Shown in pieces: positions 38,620 to 52,814 of a stretch of DNA of 64,000 nt (its first letter is position 1; each line of letters opens with the position of its first letter). The notes beneath the pieces are model-generated. The model was given only the letters and a program-made list of their open reading frames with translations, had not been told where the DNA came from and made no database searches. Made by a program: the position numbers and the translations under genes. The DNA lies in NCBI GenBank assembly GCA_028534125.1, contig CM052818.1:15626001-15690000 (forward strand). The letters are read 5' to 3'. The stretch comes from Lama glama. Taxonomy: Eukaryota.

Positions 38620-39038
38620 GACAGACATCCATCCCCTCCCTTCTTCCTGGTTGAGAGAAACATGATTGTACTGGTGCAGCCCCAGGTGACAGATGACACT
38701 TGGCCTGAGCACGTTAGGACAAAAGATTCTTCAGTTTCCACATTCTTTTGCTATAACAAAGTCATCTGGAAAAGTTGCGAGAAAGATTTCTTCCCTTGTG
38801 AGGGAAACAGAAGCAAGTGATCCCCCTTCTCCTGCTTAAATATGGGCAGGAAGGGGGGAACTTCTCCACTCATTCTGTAACCATGAAAGAAAACCCTAGA
38901 CCGCTGCAGAGAGGTATAAGTCAACTCCAGCAATAACTCACCTTTTAAAAACGCCTCCTGTGAAAAAGAATCCCTGTATGTGTGTGCCACAGTGTGTTAG
39001 CTTTTCTGTTATTTGGAGCTGAAAATGGTTCTAACCAA
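38620..39038 (+). mobile_element. MaLR LTR (MLT1K-like)
   Basis: 'gaaagatttcttccc' and 3' end 'ttttctgttatttggagctgaaa...tctaac'. Confidence 0.55.
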
Positions 39039-40369
39039 GGAAATGATCATTCAGGAATTACTTCCGCAGTATAATCTTTATCAAAATATACCAACAACCC
39101 AGGAGGATGTATTATAATCCTTATGACACTCTAAATGACTCTTCATCAACACTGAAAAATTTTTACCGTACTATGTTTATGTTTACCATAAAGCCATTAT
39201 TTTCTCTAGCATATCTTCATAGCAGGAGTTTGATTTGTAAATTTAAAGAGTTTGACTTGTTTAATATGCATTCATTTCTATTTCTGGCTTTTCGTGTAAT
39301 GAGAGATTAGGACAAAGTGAGAGAGTAGAGAAATTTACAAGGTGGGAAACACCAAAAACTTTGATATTTGACATATTGAATCAGACAAGTTACAGGATTC
39401 AAGGGGAGCAATAGAAAACACTTTCCTATGTATTAGCTTTTTTCTAAGTTTGGCTGCCTTATCTATGGATGGTACTAATGACAGTGTGCAGTTCATTGAT
39501 TGAGTTTCCAATCCTACATGCAATGTAATGAATATTGACAGCCCTTAATACATGAGAACTGTTGTTTTCATTATTATTATAATCACCTAATAATAATAAT
39601 GGTTTTAAAGTGTCAAAATATCTTTGGTAAAGACACTGCTGTGAATCACTGAAGTGATTTAGGAGGACAGCTATGTTCTTTAATTTACTTTGTCTGAAAG
39701 ATACACAGTAAATTTAAAATTAGTCATAAGATGCATTCATTTACTTGGATGCTTTTTAACTTCAAAGCTACCTTAAATTTAAAACATCTTAATTTCAATA
39801 AAAGAGACAAAAACATTGTGCAATTCATGGCACTGGACTAGCCACGTGTATGTTCAGCAACTTTCCCTCTCTCTCTCCAAAGTTATTTTAAAGTACATAA
39901 GACATTCCAGTGTAAGCTGGCAACTTTCAAAAGAAATTAGTCTATAAAGAACATTTGTCCTTTGTCTAAACTACTTTTAATTCCATGTTTTATCCTGCTA
40001 GGTTAAGGGTTATACTAACCTCTATGGAGAATGAGAAAATTTTGATGTCCCTAGTCTTTTTTTAAAATTACTCTTCCCTGCTTTTAAGATAATAGAATGA
40101 AATTGATCCTTTAAATGGATAAAACATCAGGTTGGAATTTGATAAAATACTTTTAACTATTGGAAATAGACTCTGTAAAGTCATCTTATCTTTATCTCTT
40201 TTGTAGTTTATTTTAATTTCAAGAAGTAGTTTGAATGCTCTGTCTCCCAAATCAGGTAATTTTGTAACTTCAGAAATTTTGTGGGGCAAGTTTCCATTGC
40301 TTAGATATTAGGCTACTAAATGTAATCTAGGAATAAATTTATATCTAACTGTGATTCAAAGTTGTCTGC

Positions 40370-40535
40370 ATCATGTAGTGTGCTGGGCATTTAGAAATCC
40401 AGCTTCAATACCAGATGCTGTCACTCAGCTCACTGTGTGACATGTGGGGACCCCTGTTTCTTCCCTTCATCTTAATGTCCTCAAAAGAACTGGACTAGAG
40501 CTCTGGCTTCAGCTTCTTTCAGCTATGAAACTCTG
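40370..40535 (+). mobile_element. MIR3-like SINE
   Basis: 'ctggactagag...ttctttcagctatgaaactctgt' 3' end. Confidence 0.45.
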
Positions 40536-40579
40536 TATTTTGCAATGCTCATTATGGTTAGGGCTCCCATATAATAATA

Positions 40580-41385
40580 CAGATCCTAAGAAACATTTTT
40601 ACAATCCTTAAGAAAAAAATAAGATTTTCCCATAGAAAAAGTGACAAAAATTATGAATAGGAAATTCACGGAAGAAGAAACACACAAAAAATACTCAGCC
40701 TCATTAATAATCAAAGAAGGCAAATAAATAACAATAAGATGGGCGAGAACCTACCATATTGTGGACAATTTAAAATTTTGATAATACTAAGTTTCAGTGA
40801 TACTGTAGAGACAGACATCTCTCACCCATTCCTGGGAGGACATTTTGGCTTAGCTACTTTGGAGGAGAATTTTGAAATAACTTTCTAAAATTAAATTGCA
40901 TGTAGTACACCCTCTAGAAATTCCACTTTACAGCACTGTTACCAGAAAAACACTCTCCCAATTCATAAGAAGACATATATAATAGCAGTATCAAAGTATT
41001 ATACATAATCAAGGTACATGTGTGGGAGAAAAGCTCTAATGTTCATCAATAGAAAAATCATGTCCTAAACTGTAGTATACCCATAACTATGGAATACTGT
41101 ATGAAAAAGAATGAGGTAGATTCACTGTGCTTATTTGTACCAATACGCAAGATCTGTTGTTCATTTAACAGAACAATATAAATAGTATAATGGTATGTGC
41201 ACCTGTGTGCGTGTGTCTGTAAATAAATTTCAAAGGTTCTACAATATTAAAGACCAAATTAGTAACAGTATTTCCCTCAGACGGGGAGACGACTGATATT
41301 CAGGGTAAAAGAGCCTTCTCTATAACCCCTACAATTTTTAAGTGTAATATAATCATATATTACTCACAAAATTAAACATTACTGA
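40580..41385 (+). mobile_element. Old L1 (L1ME-type) ORF2 end and 3'UTR
   Basis: 'atgaataggaaattcac.gaagaagaaa', 'ctcagcctcattaataatcaaaga', 'aaaagaatgaggtagat'. Confidence 0.75.
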
Positions 41386-44300
41386 AAAAAGAGGATAAAT
41401 TCTTGCATACTAGCATGAATTTCATCAAAAACTTTGTTAAAATCAATTTTTTCAAAAATAAATTGACTGTAGATTTACAGCTATACTTCTGGACTCCCAA
41501 TTCTATTCCAGTGATCTATACATTTCCCTTTATACCAGCGCAACACTGTCTTGATTACTGTGTCTTTGTAATTCTGGTATACCTAGTACAGAGCCTTTCA
41601 ATATTCAGCTTTATTTTTGTATCACATATACGTATTTTTTCTAAAGCAATATGGTTGATTCGCTTTCCCCGTAATGTAAAGAAATAACAAAGTTGACAAA
41701 GATAAATTACCACTTTGGAGAACCACTTTCTCAGAAGACACAGGGACCTTGCTGGTCTACGGGACTTTTAATGGGTGTCACAGTGATTTCTCCCTGATTT
41801 CATAAACCAGTTAATTAAACAGAAATTTCAAAAGATTTTCCAGAAATGTAAATCAACCTTGGTATCTCTTGTTAATTTTTTTTTTCTCACTCCTTCCCTC
41901 TTATTCTCTCTCTTCTCAATAGCTGGTCTCTTAACAATTTTTTTTCACATACATTATTTATATAGAAATACTTCAACATTCTATTTAGTAAAATATTCAT
42001 TTATAAAATAATGACACTCATAAGTCACATACATAAAATATTTTAAAATTTACAAAGCATTTTAGAACTTTATCCTATTTATCCTTGTATGCAGGCAGCT
42101 GTTATAACTATTTTACACATGACAAAACTAAGAATGACCACATAAAAAATTTCAATGACTTCAAACAATAAGGATGTGACAGAGAAAGAACTCAAAAGTA
42201 AGTTTTTGATTCCAGTTCTAATTATTTTTTTTTTACTGTGGACTTACTGATGGGGTAATACACAAGAAAGTAGTTGGCAAACTGTAAACACCATAGAAAT
42301 TTTAGGTGTTTTTTTTTTTTACTGTTATTAACTTTATTACTGTTATGCAGAAAGAAATTAATCATAATACCAAATATATTCCTCTGTAGAAAACTGCATA
42401 CGTAGAAAATTCTCCCTGAAGCCAGCTTGAGGAGATACCCACAATGAGACTGTTTCATTAGGCAGGTGAAAAGTGAGATAAAGGGAAGCAAGTGCTAAAA
42501 CCTGTAATTCCTGGGCTACATACGAATTCATACATAGTAACCATATTAGAAACAATGGTCAGCTAGGCAAATGGTGGTCTCAGGCTATTTGGATGGAGCC
42601 AATGTTTCAAACCATCAGAATACAAAACATATTTAACCCACAGACTCCTAGGCGAACAGGGCACTTTATGCAATGGTACAATAAACTACCAGCAACAATA
42701 ACACGTTTCCTTAAAGGCTCAAGAATACTTTTCATTTCTACCATATGAAGTCAATACAAAACCAGTCACAATACTGCCCATCTACCCAAACCCCTCTTTA
42801 AAGATTCTCTTGCCAAGGATCCACGGGACCCAAAGAAATTCAGTTATTCAACTGACTAAACAGTTACCCAGTGTGCTTGTTATCAAGTAGCTGCCTCTCT
42901 GTTTCTAATCCATTTTTCATTGCCTGCTCTGTGATTACAGAAACGGGCCCTGTAAATATTTTTCCTTCCACCCTATAAATATTTCTGCTTATACTTCTGA
43001 TATGAACTGTATTTTTCTCATTAGTGAGAAGGAATGAATGAACTACCTTGTAAGATTGTTTTTGTGATTAAACGATGTCATCCATGGAAAAGTGAACATT
43101 AGCATATGGAACACATTTAAGTTCCCCACAATTGTTAGTTCACATTCTTTCCCCATCTCCATGTCATCCAAGTCTTACCTACATAGAGCCCAATAAAGTT
43201 TATCTTCCATGTAAAAGTTCAAATTAAAACTTAATGCTCAGGAAGGCCAAATAAGATTCTACTGTCCATGATTAAATTAAAGCACACCGCCTGCCACACC
43301 AGTGTGCTCAATACTGTGTGTTGAATTGACTGACCAATGATATCATCCATACTCTTCTAGACTTCAGTGATTTAGTCTTGTCTGTTATGGTTTAATATTG
43401 TTTAAGTGTATTAACCATCCTTTTGTCCCTCGAGGTGAGGCATTATGACTTCTTTTGTATCTTTACAACACCAGGCACAATATGAGGAAAGAGCAAGTAC
43501 TCAAAAAATGCATATTGAGTAAGTGACATTTCACAAATTCTAACATGCTTATTAGAAAAAAATGTTGGATTTATTACAAAACTTAACTAAGCCTCTCTCT
43601 TTTTCTGGACATGAGGTGTCACTTTTTCTCTTTAAAGGCTGAACTGCAGAGCAATTTTCTCTTCTAAGTTATCTTACTGTACCTTCTCCTGAACTTGTGA
43701 CATTAACTGTCACTCACTGTCAGAAGAGCTGTCTCCAGGCATGAACCAATCTTCAAGCTTAGGATAAATGTGAGCTGAGTTGCACAGAGTAGTGTGTCTC
43801 ACTCCTTCCAAGAGTAGTTAAAAACAAAAACAAAACGCCTTTCCATGGGCTCACCCTTCATGAGAACGAAGAGTCCCCTGAAAGAACAGCATCTGAACAG
43901 CCAAGCCTATGCAGCATTTCCGTTTTCAGATGGCTGACCGTGTGAATGTGCAGAGCCACAAAGAAAACTAGTTCTCTTGATGTTTAGAATAGAGCAGTGA
44001 ATAGCAAAGAATAATTCCAGATCTGGACTTCTCATGAGAAACAGGAAAAAAGTAACAGAAAAAATTTTCAAGGATGACATTAAGAGAAAGAAAAATTAGC
44101 ACAGAACTTGGGGAAATGGCATTTGCAGAGTACACGAAGTTCAATAACACACAGCCTCAATGACAGGGATTTTTAAGAATTGCCTATGGAAACCTGAAAT
44201 TGATACATTGTGTGTTAAGTAGGCCTTTTTTATTCAGCCAAGCAAGGGAACATAAGGCAGAAATACGTCCGAGTGTAGATCGATGAGAGCAAAGGAAGTA

Positions 44301-46159
44301 AGGGACTTCCTTTGTAAGGGAGGTAAGGGACTATTCCTAAATGTCCTGACTGAAATACACATACCCTAGTTCCACTGTGTTCCCTTTCTTTTGGACATTA
44401 CACAACTGGTTCACATCCTTTATTAGGATGCTGATGCTAATCAGACACCATTGTCATCCCATTATAATTCTCTCTGTAAAACCAGCCACAGTCACCTACG
44501 GTATCATAAAAAAAAATTATGCTACTTAATTTTTAGGTTGAGAATTTCATGATCCCCATGATAAGTATTGAAAATCTTGCAAAAAATGGCTACATCTAGC
44601 CTGCTTGAGCTAAGCCAAAACACAATGTCCAGCTTCCCAGAATAAGAGAAATAAGGGATTTCCCAGATTATTCCATTTTGAGTAAAATGAAGGTATAGTG
44701 AGGAGCGAGCCAGAAACAGGGAGATTGATTACAGCTTTAGTTGGTGAGAGTGAAATCAGATTAGTCCCCATCTGAGAACTTGGACCCCCAGCTTGGTAAG
44801 AGGGTGAAGGAAAATCATAGAAGGCTGGATGATTTATTTGTTTGTACATCTTGAGAAGCTGTCTTACATTTTACCTCGCACTTCTTTTTATTAAGGAGTT
44901 GCCCCTCGCTGCACATTTCTCTGTGTAAAGTGGAGACATCTTTGCTTAATTTGCAATGGAGCAAAAGAGAGCATTCAATTATCTGTTCACAGATGAACTA
45001 GTGCAAAAAATTAAGACTCCACCATGCTTTCTCCACACATGAATGATCATTAGTTTAATTTTCTCCTAATACGTGTAAGGGCAATCTGAAGTATGGAGTG
45101 CCCTCACAGGACAATGTGGAGGGATGAAATAAGGAGCTCATGGAAAAAAAAAATAAGGAGTTCCTAAATGCCACCTTGAACTTCACGGCCAGTATCTCCC
45201 TCATCTTCAGTTTAAGGATGGCCACTGAGAAAATGCAATTCCCTCCATTTGGCGCCCAAGACTGTGTGAGGATACAGGGAACTTAAGGGTGGCGTCACAG
45301 AAGGAAGAAACAGCCCACCAAGAACACAGTCTGTCTCCCTCTCAGGCTCCCGCCTCCCTATTTCACATCTTCTTGTTCAGAGGGGAAGAACCTGAAAGAG
45401 ACCCTGAGGGGCCCTCCGCGGATTACAGGGGAGGGGGAAGAATCTACGCATCCTCTCTCCTAATAAAACTTCTGTTTTAAGTTCTGCCCTGTGCTTAATA
45501 TCATGACATGACAAGGCTTTTCAGAACTCATTTGTCTTTGTGCTCTCTAAATTGGAGAAGAACTTAAGAGTAAAACACAGTAACATCTTTAGGATTTCAC
45601 TAATTTGGATTTGAAATAAGCCTAGCAAAAGTAAAGACATGTCTCTAAATATTTGAAGTTTGGAAATATATGATTCTGAAACAGAATCACTTTAAATAGC
45701 ATTTTTTAAATCATTAAAATGATTTTCAAAATCATTAGAGACATTAAAGGTCCTTTCACACGCCTTCATTTTCTTTATCCAGCAATTAGTTCTCCAGCAT
45801 TAACATGCTTTTATATTTTGAATCCATTATTGTGTAAAGGAGGTCTATTTCAAATTGCTATGCTCTCATTAGCTTATCTCACTTTACTTATTAGTATACA
45901 ATTACATATATGCTATGTGCTTGAAAATGATAAAACTGCATTTATAAACAAGTATTTTAATTTCCAGCTTTTTACTAGGTCATTCTGAATTTCCAGGTAA
46001 TAAACACCAAGTCCTCTAGAGTATAATTTACCCTTTTTTTTTTTTTTAGCACTGCCTTTTCCCCTTTAGGTCTTTAGAACATATTCTGGGCAATTTTTTT
46101 TTCCCATTGTAATACTGGGGATAATAGCTGAGCAACGAACTTCTTACCAGTCCCTGAAC

Positions 46160-46452
46160 AGACTGAGTTTGATACTCCATGGCTTTGCACAGCCTGTTTC
46201 ATGGACCTGAAATGCTATTCCCAACTCCTATCTCTTCCTGTAAAGCTTATTTTCTTTCCTCTAATGCCAGTTTTATATCACTTTCCTGTGATGCCTTTCC
46301 CAGCTAAGAATAAGTTAGCTGTTACCACTCTGGTCACATCAGGCATCTCTTAATTATATGGTACTCTGTATGGTACCTTGTAATTATTTTTCTTATGTCT
46401 GTCTCTCACATAAACTATGAGCTCATTTAGGAAAGACAGAATCTTATTCATC
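46160..46452 (+). mobile_element. LINE-2 3' fragment
   Basis: 'ctttgcacagcctgtt...ctgaaatgct' and 'aaactatgagctc...tcttattcatctt'. Confidence 0.6.
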
Positions 46453-47050
46453 TTTTAATTATGGTATAGTTGATGTCAATATTATGTAAGTTTCAAGTGT
46501 ACAACATAGTGATTCACAGTTTTTATAGGTTATATTCCATTTATAATCATTATAAAATATTGGCTGTATTCCCTGTGCTATACTACATATCCTTGTAGCT
46601 TATTTACTTTATACATAGTAGTTTGTACCTCTTAATCTCCTACCCCTATCTTGTCCCTCTCCATTTTCCTTTCTCTACTGGTAACTGCTAGTTTGTTCTC
46701 TTTATCTATGAGTCTGTTTTTATTTTGTTACAGTCTCTAGTTTTATTTTTTAGATTCCATACATTACTGATATTATATAATATTTGTCTTTCTCTGTCTG
46801 ACTTACTTCACTTAGTGCCATACCCTCCAGGTACATCCATGTTGTTGCAAATGGCAAAATTTCCTTCTTTTTTATGGTTGAGTAGTATTCCACTATATAT
46901 ATATACATATACATACACACACGCACACACACACAGACCACATCTTTAACCATCCGTATGTTGATGGATACTTAGGTTGCTTCCGTGTCTTTGCAATTTT
47001 AAATAATGCTATGAACGTTGGGGTTCATGCATCTTTTCACGTTAGTGTTT
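46453..47050 (-). mobile_element. L1 (L1MA9/L1_Art-like) 3' end
   Basis: Antisense 3'UTR/ORF2 end; minus-strand ORF EILPFATTWMYLEG; same family as 16.8 kb. Confidence 0.9.
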
Positions 47051-49719
47051 AGTCCATGAAAACATCAGAACTAACCTCTTGATGGTAGACTTTTAGGGAC
47101 TATGATTCTGAGATTGTATTTTTTATGAAGTTCTAAATTCTCTGTATAATTAATGACTTTAAAGTGTCGGTTGTTAGAGAAAATGGACTATTTTTATTAT
47201 GCAGAAAGAAAATTGGATTCTGAAAAAAAGTTCAAAAGTAATGAGAAGTTTTCATTAGTGCTGAAATGGGTAGTTTTCTGGACCCTTCCAGTGTCACCTC
47301 AACCATGGATAGCATTTGAGAAAAGGATTTTAATATCTGAAAAGAAAAGTTAGCAGGAAGAATAGAAATTGGTGGTCAAAAGAGAAATACCTAGAGAAAA
47401 ATTACTGCATATGGTTATTCACAAAATCGTTATGTTTAGGAGGAAAAACTTTTAAAGAGATAGAGTTTAGAAGAGATACAGGAAATACAACATTTGTGCT
47501 TTAAAGGCAAATGTATGAGGAAGGAAGAGAATATATGAAGTCATTAAGAGGTCAACCACAGATGCTGTAACTCCATTTGTGAACAATACAAGGAAAAAAT
47601 AAACCTCAGGTTTTCTAATAATTAGATGGAAATCAACAGAGACTCTGGCTCTTGAATCATAAAAATTCCATAAAATTATCTAATGCTTTCCTCTGGAGCA
47701 TTACTTTTAACCAAAAATGACTCAGACTCTCTGGCCGGCCTGAAAACCCTGGTACTCAAGGCAGACTGCAGACTTTTTATTACGCTTACTCAAATGCACT
47801 GTCTCTTTCCCTCACACACACACACATACCACTCTGGTTTCCCATCTCTTGCTGTTGATGCTGTTTCCTTTGACGAGTACATCATTTTTTAATCAAAGTT
47901 AATGTGGCACTGAGGTTCCAAAATTTAGCATGTAAAACCATTATGGAGATAAAAACAGATACACAGCTGGGCTGTCAGATTCCTAGAGAGAAATGTTTTA
48001 TGCTGGTCAATAAAATGATGCTTGCTCATCTCTTTCCTTTTATCTCCTACAACTCATTGCTGAAAAGTTTTGACTAATTCTAGGGAGTCATGCAATTGAA
48101 TATTCACCATTCATCTATTCAGTGGATAACCTCATCAGTCCCTAGGAAGTCCAGACTTACTCATCATTCTGTTATTCTGGCTACATATTCACAATCCAAT
48201 TATGAAACCATGTCTCATATTTGAATGAAGAAATTCACTAATTTGTTTCTTGATCACAACCCTATAGAAACATGATAGATATCACATCACTCTGACTCTT
48301 GGCTTTTAATTTAAGACTCTTGATTGCCCTGAGATGTGTGTAACTTAGCATTCAAAACTATTTGGAAAGCATAATTCCCTGACATAAGATAAACTGGAAG
48401 AAAAAAGACGAAAGTTCGCCCCCACCCCAAAAACACAAATTAAAGGCAATTAAAGCACCTACAATAGAAATAAACAATGATTCCAGTGGCAAATTTAAAA
48501 GATTGTTGGTTAAGATGGTTTTGTATAATAAAATTTGGAACTTTTAGTTAAATATCAATAAAGCTTTCAGAAATAATCCATCATTCAGAATATAAGATAT
48601 GCTTGTATTGAGTGTAAAAAAATTAAAGAATGACTATGCAAAAGCAAAACAATATTTTCTTTAGGTATTTCTCCACAGTGAAGGCCAACCCACATATGCT
48701 GAAAACAGCTGCAGTTACATCCATGCTCTCTAAGAACACTTGACATAAAAACTTTTTAAAAAAATTAACTTTAAGCAGAAAACCACAAGAAATAAAACCT
48801 AAAGTGTTTAAAGAAATAGAACAATAAAATGAAAGGGTATCCTACATTCAAGAGGTTAATTTGGTTTAATCTGAAAAATGCTTCAGCGAAAGTATGCCTC
48901 CCTGATTGGATATTCTGAATGGGAGAAGAGGAAAAATAGGGAAAGCTACTGAATAGCGACCGTGCACCAGTAACGGGGGCGAGACCCCCGCCTGTGTCTC
49001 CATACCTCCCTTCCATTGTCCATACGTCTCACATTGCACTCAGGACATTTTTACGCCGACTGTGGTTCAGCCTAACACACTGAGCACACCGTGCTACCTC
49101 ATATCTGCTTTACTCTTACATACTGGTTTAGCAGTCTACCTTTCCCACATTTCATTGGTCAGCATCTCTATAACACAGATCAGTATTCAACTTTTACGTT
49201 AATCTTTCCCAGGATCCTTGGGCATTTAATCACTCCTTCTGCTCAGGTATTCCTCACATTACACTGTTTTGTTTATTTGCCCATCTCTTCCTCTAGACTG
49301 TGATTTTTGGTAGCAAATTCCAGGTTTTTTCTACTGCCTATCTCTGACACACTTAGTGTCATCTACCAAAATATTGGCACACAAGAGTGTCTGGGTTGGT
49401 TTTCTTTTACATGTGTCATCTCAGAATACCCAGGACCTAACCTCAAAACTAGGGATTTAGTGACTCTCTCTATCCTTTGCTAAAATGTCTGGTCTTTGGA
49501 GATAATGTATTTTTATATCAAGCAAATAATACATTCTAACTTTGGAGGGACAATTTTTATTTTCTATACTGTAATATCCTGTGGTGTGAAAAGACACAAC
49601 TAAAATTAATGTTAAGAGTCACATCTGCCACTTTAACAGGATGAATGTGGGAGGATTCATATTATGCCAGGTTCTCTCTAGGCCCCTCACAGGCAGCACC
49701 TCATCTTGTCTAATTATCT

Positions 49720-49916
49720 TGTTCATTTAATCAACAAATATTGCCAAGTTTCCCTCTGATCCCACCACTGTACTAGGGCTATAGGTACAAGACATATGAT
49801 GTCTTTGCCATCATGATATTTACATTTATGTAGACCAGACATACTTCAAGCCAGTACACACATTTTTAAGGTGTATTAAGAAAACAAAGTTGGGAGATGG
49901 TCAGTAAGAGGTTCTT

Positions 49917-49949
<33 letters not shown>

Positions 49950-50490
49950 GTCAGGAAAGGCTCTTCAAATGAGATGACATTTTAAGACATCCAAATCATG
50001 AGGGGCTGGGTATAAAATGATATTGGTGAAAAGCCTGCCAAGCTGAGAGAACAAGTGTAATGGCCCTAAAGGGGACACAAGCCTGTTCGAGAAACAACAA
50101 AGAAAATAGTGAGTAAGGTAACGACACAGGAAAATCAGGTAGGAGCTAGATCATGGAGGACCGTGTGGATGATTTTATGGTGCTTGATAAAATACAATTT
50201 ATATTTTTCAAAGTCTACGCATACTACTGAGTGGAAAGTGGGTTTTGTGGGGACAAGAGTGGAAGCAGGAAAATGATGAAGGTATTGTACGACCAGACAG
50301 GAGGTGATGGAGGCAGCAGTGTAAACAACAGGATTAAGAGGCTTGGGTTACGTAGAGCTGACCTGTTATCAGGTTGGGTACGTGGGGTCATGCGAAAAGC
50401 ATTAGGGAAAACCAAATATGGCTCCTAATTTTTTGGTCTGAGCAATTTAGTGAGTGATATAAATTGATATAAAAACTGGAGAAAGAGAAG
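49720..50490 (-). mobile_element. LINE-2 3' region
   Basis: 'ttcatttaatcaacaaatatt', 'gtcaggaaaggctct', 'gtgtaatggccctaa', 'ttttggtctgagcaa'. Confidence 0.75.
49917..49943. repeat. (TG)~13 microsatellite
   Basis: Directly visible. Confidence 0.95.
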
Positions 50491-51277
50491 GCTGAGGTGG
50501 AGGGCCAAAAACAGAGGAGTCAAGATGTTGTGCTGATGATCTGTGCTAAATTACCAAGAATGACAACAGAGATAGTGGCAGAAGAGAGCAAAGCAGTTGC
50601 TTACATTTAAAGAAATAGGTAGGAGCAGTGGTCAGTGATGACAGCAATAAGGAGGCCTGGTGGATACCAGAGTCCAGCTTTACAAAACCATTTGCTGACC
50701 TGATTTATGTTGGTTCAAAATAAGACAAAAACAAAAACAAAAAGAAACAAACAAAAAACCCCCCAAAACTATGAAAGCATTTGAATTAAATCTATGAAAA
50801 GAGGTCCTGGTACCTAAGTAGATGAACATTTTTTACGTGATCTAACCACACAGTGTACAAGTCAAAATACATCTTAGAAAACCTGCAGTGTATTGGCCTC
50901 CCTAAGGCTATTTCAAAGCGTTAGTGGGGGTTTTTTGTTCTACGGTTTTTTTTTTTAATAAATAAGTAACCTGATAGCAAGTAAAGTGAGGTCCTTGAAA
51001 CAAGACTGTTAAGCAGGTGAAAAAAGATTGCCTAGATGAGTTCTGTCTGAGGTTCCATTTAATTCTCTACATGATACGGTTCTAAGAATACCTTTTTAGG
51101 CTAATAAAAAGCATTAGCTATGTGAAAAGTGGATGCTATTGTCATAGATCTTATGAAAATACCAGTTCTCCTAGACAAAATATGCTTTGGAGCTCTGAAT
51201 TAAGTAACATCAGTCACACTAATTCAGTCTTTATGACACTGTGAATATGCAGTAGCTGTGGGCATTAAAACTAAAGC

Positions 51278-51394
51278 AGGGTGTGCTTGGGACAGTCCTG
51301 GTTTATGCCTGTTTGCTTTAATTTGTATTAACAATGCCCTCTTTTGCTTTCAAAACTGTTCTAGTTTGGAAGATAAAGTGTACGGTCATGCTAA
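51278..51394. mobile_element. MER94-like hAT-Blackjack MITE
   Basis: 'agggtg...gggacagtcctggtttatgcctgtt...aaactgttctagtttggaagataaa...ggtcatgct'. Confidence 0.75.
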
Positions 51395-51619
51395 TTAAAA
51401 ATGATACGTGGATCACCTTGCCAATTAAGGCAAAGAAGCAAATATTCAACAAAAATGCAAAATCAAGTGTAACACTGCAGAGAATTGAATATATTTCTTC
51501 TGAAAATACATCTACTACAAAAATAGAAGAAAGAATCTGGAGTAAGTTCCTTCCTCAGGGATGAAATGAATTTCCATCCGCCCCATCTCTCTATACGCTT
51601 GACTTGTGGCAGGCAGTGC

Positions 51620-51790
51620 ATATTAGTAATTAAGGCATAGGCGTTAATATCAGGGCGATCTGGGTGTATGTACAAACTTTGGCACTTTGTGGCTGCGTGA
51701 CATTGGCTAAGTTACTCAACCTTTCTAAGACTCACTTTGTCATCTGCAAGTTGGGAATGATAGGATTGTCCTTATGAAGTTGTCCATTGT
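51620..51790 (+). mobile_element. MIR SINE
   Basis: 'gtgacattggctaagttactcaacctttctaagactcactttgtcatctgcaa'. Confidence 0.75.
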
Positions 51791-52054
51791 TAGCATTCTG
51801 TAAATGAGAGGTGATACCATTACAGTAATCGTTACCACCATCATTATTCTTCTCATCATGATTATCATCTCATCCTCTCCAAGACCCCCAGACTAATGCT
51901 TTCTCAGTCATATCCAACCATTTCCCCTTCATATTTGCTCTATAGTTACTTCCAATCTAAAGACAAAACAGAGTAAACAGAGTAAAACTATAAAACCCAA
52001 CCCCATGGACTTTGGCCATCGTCCACCCCCAGCAGGACGGTTTTAGATGCTCGT

Positions 52055-52674
52055 GACTCCTCTTTTGCCCTCAGTTTTCCACCCAGTGCAGTTTGGTTTC
52101 TATCCATTCCACTGCTTTGAAATAGTTCTCCAAAGAGTAACCAACCAAGGTCTTAAAAATTGCCAAAGTGAATTGCGCACTTTCATTATAATCTTATTTA
52201 ACATTCTTCAGTATTTGACACTACTGATCATGGGCTTTTGTTGGAAACTCCCTTGGATTCCATGACATCACCAGATTATTTCTCTATATTTCTGGTCATT
52301 AGCTTTTGGTCTACATTGTGAGATAAACATGTTCACTTAGCTGTTTCATAAACACCTGAACCCAGTGGATTTAAAGCCAAGCTCACCTTCACAGGCCTGT
52401 TCTTTCTCCATTATCTCCTGTATAAAGATGTGGTTTGAGAGGCCCCCAAAATCACCCTAAATTCCTCTCTTCACATAGCTATCTACAGCCAATTAAGTCC
52501 CACTAAATTTTCTTCTTAAATATTTCTCAAACCCATCTCTTCCTCTTCATTTTCACAGTGATTTCCATTTGTCAAAAAATCTATTTATCACCTGGACTAT
52601 TATATACAATATCCTAATCTGTACCGTTCCCTCCAGCTCTGTTCCTGCTTTATACATTCTCATTATTGACACAG

Positions 52675-52710
<36 letters not shown>

Positions 52711-52810
52711 AAAATCTAAACATGCCTATTAGAAATTTAAAATCTTCCACCAAAATTGTTCACAACACCTACAAGCCGAATTTCAAATTTCCTGGTGTGG
52801 CCTACAAGAA
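52055..52810 (+). mobile_element. LINE-2 fragment
   Basis: 'cagtatttgacactactgatca', 'ccttggattccatgaca', 'cacctggactat', 'tggcctacaag'. Confidence 0.7.
52676..52705. repeat. (TA)~15 microsatellite
   Basis: Directly visible. Confidence 0.95.
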
Positions 52811-52814
52811 GAGC

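Noticed and set aside
45250..45267. tRNA-Lys primer-binding site (TGGCGCCCAA)
   Set aside because: Only 10 nt match, with no LTR ending in CA upstream and no gag downstream.
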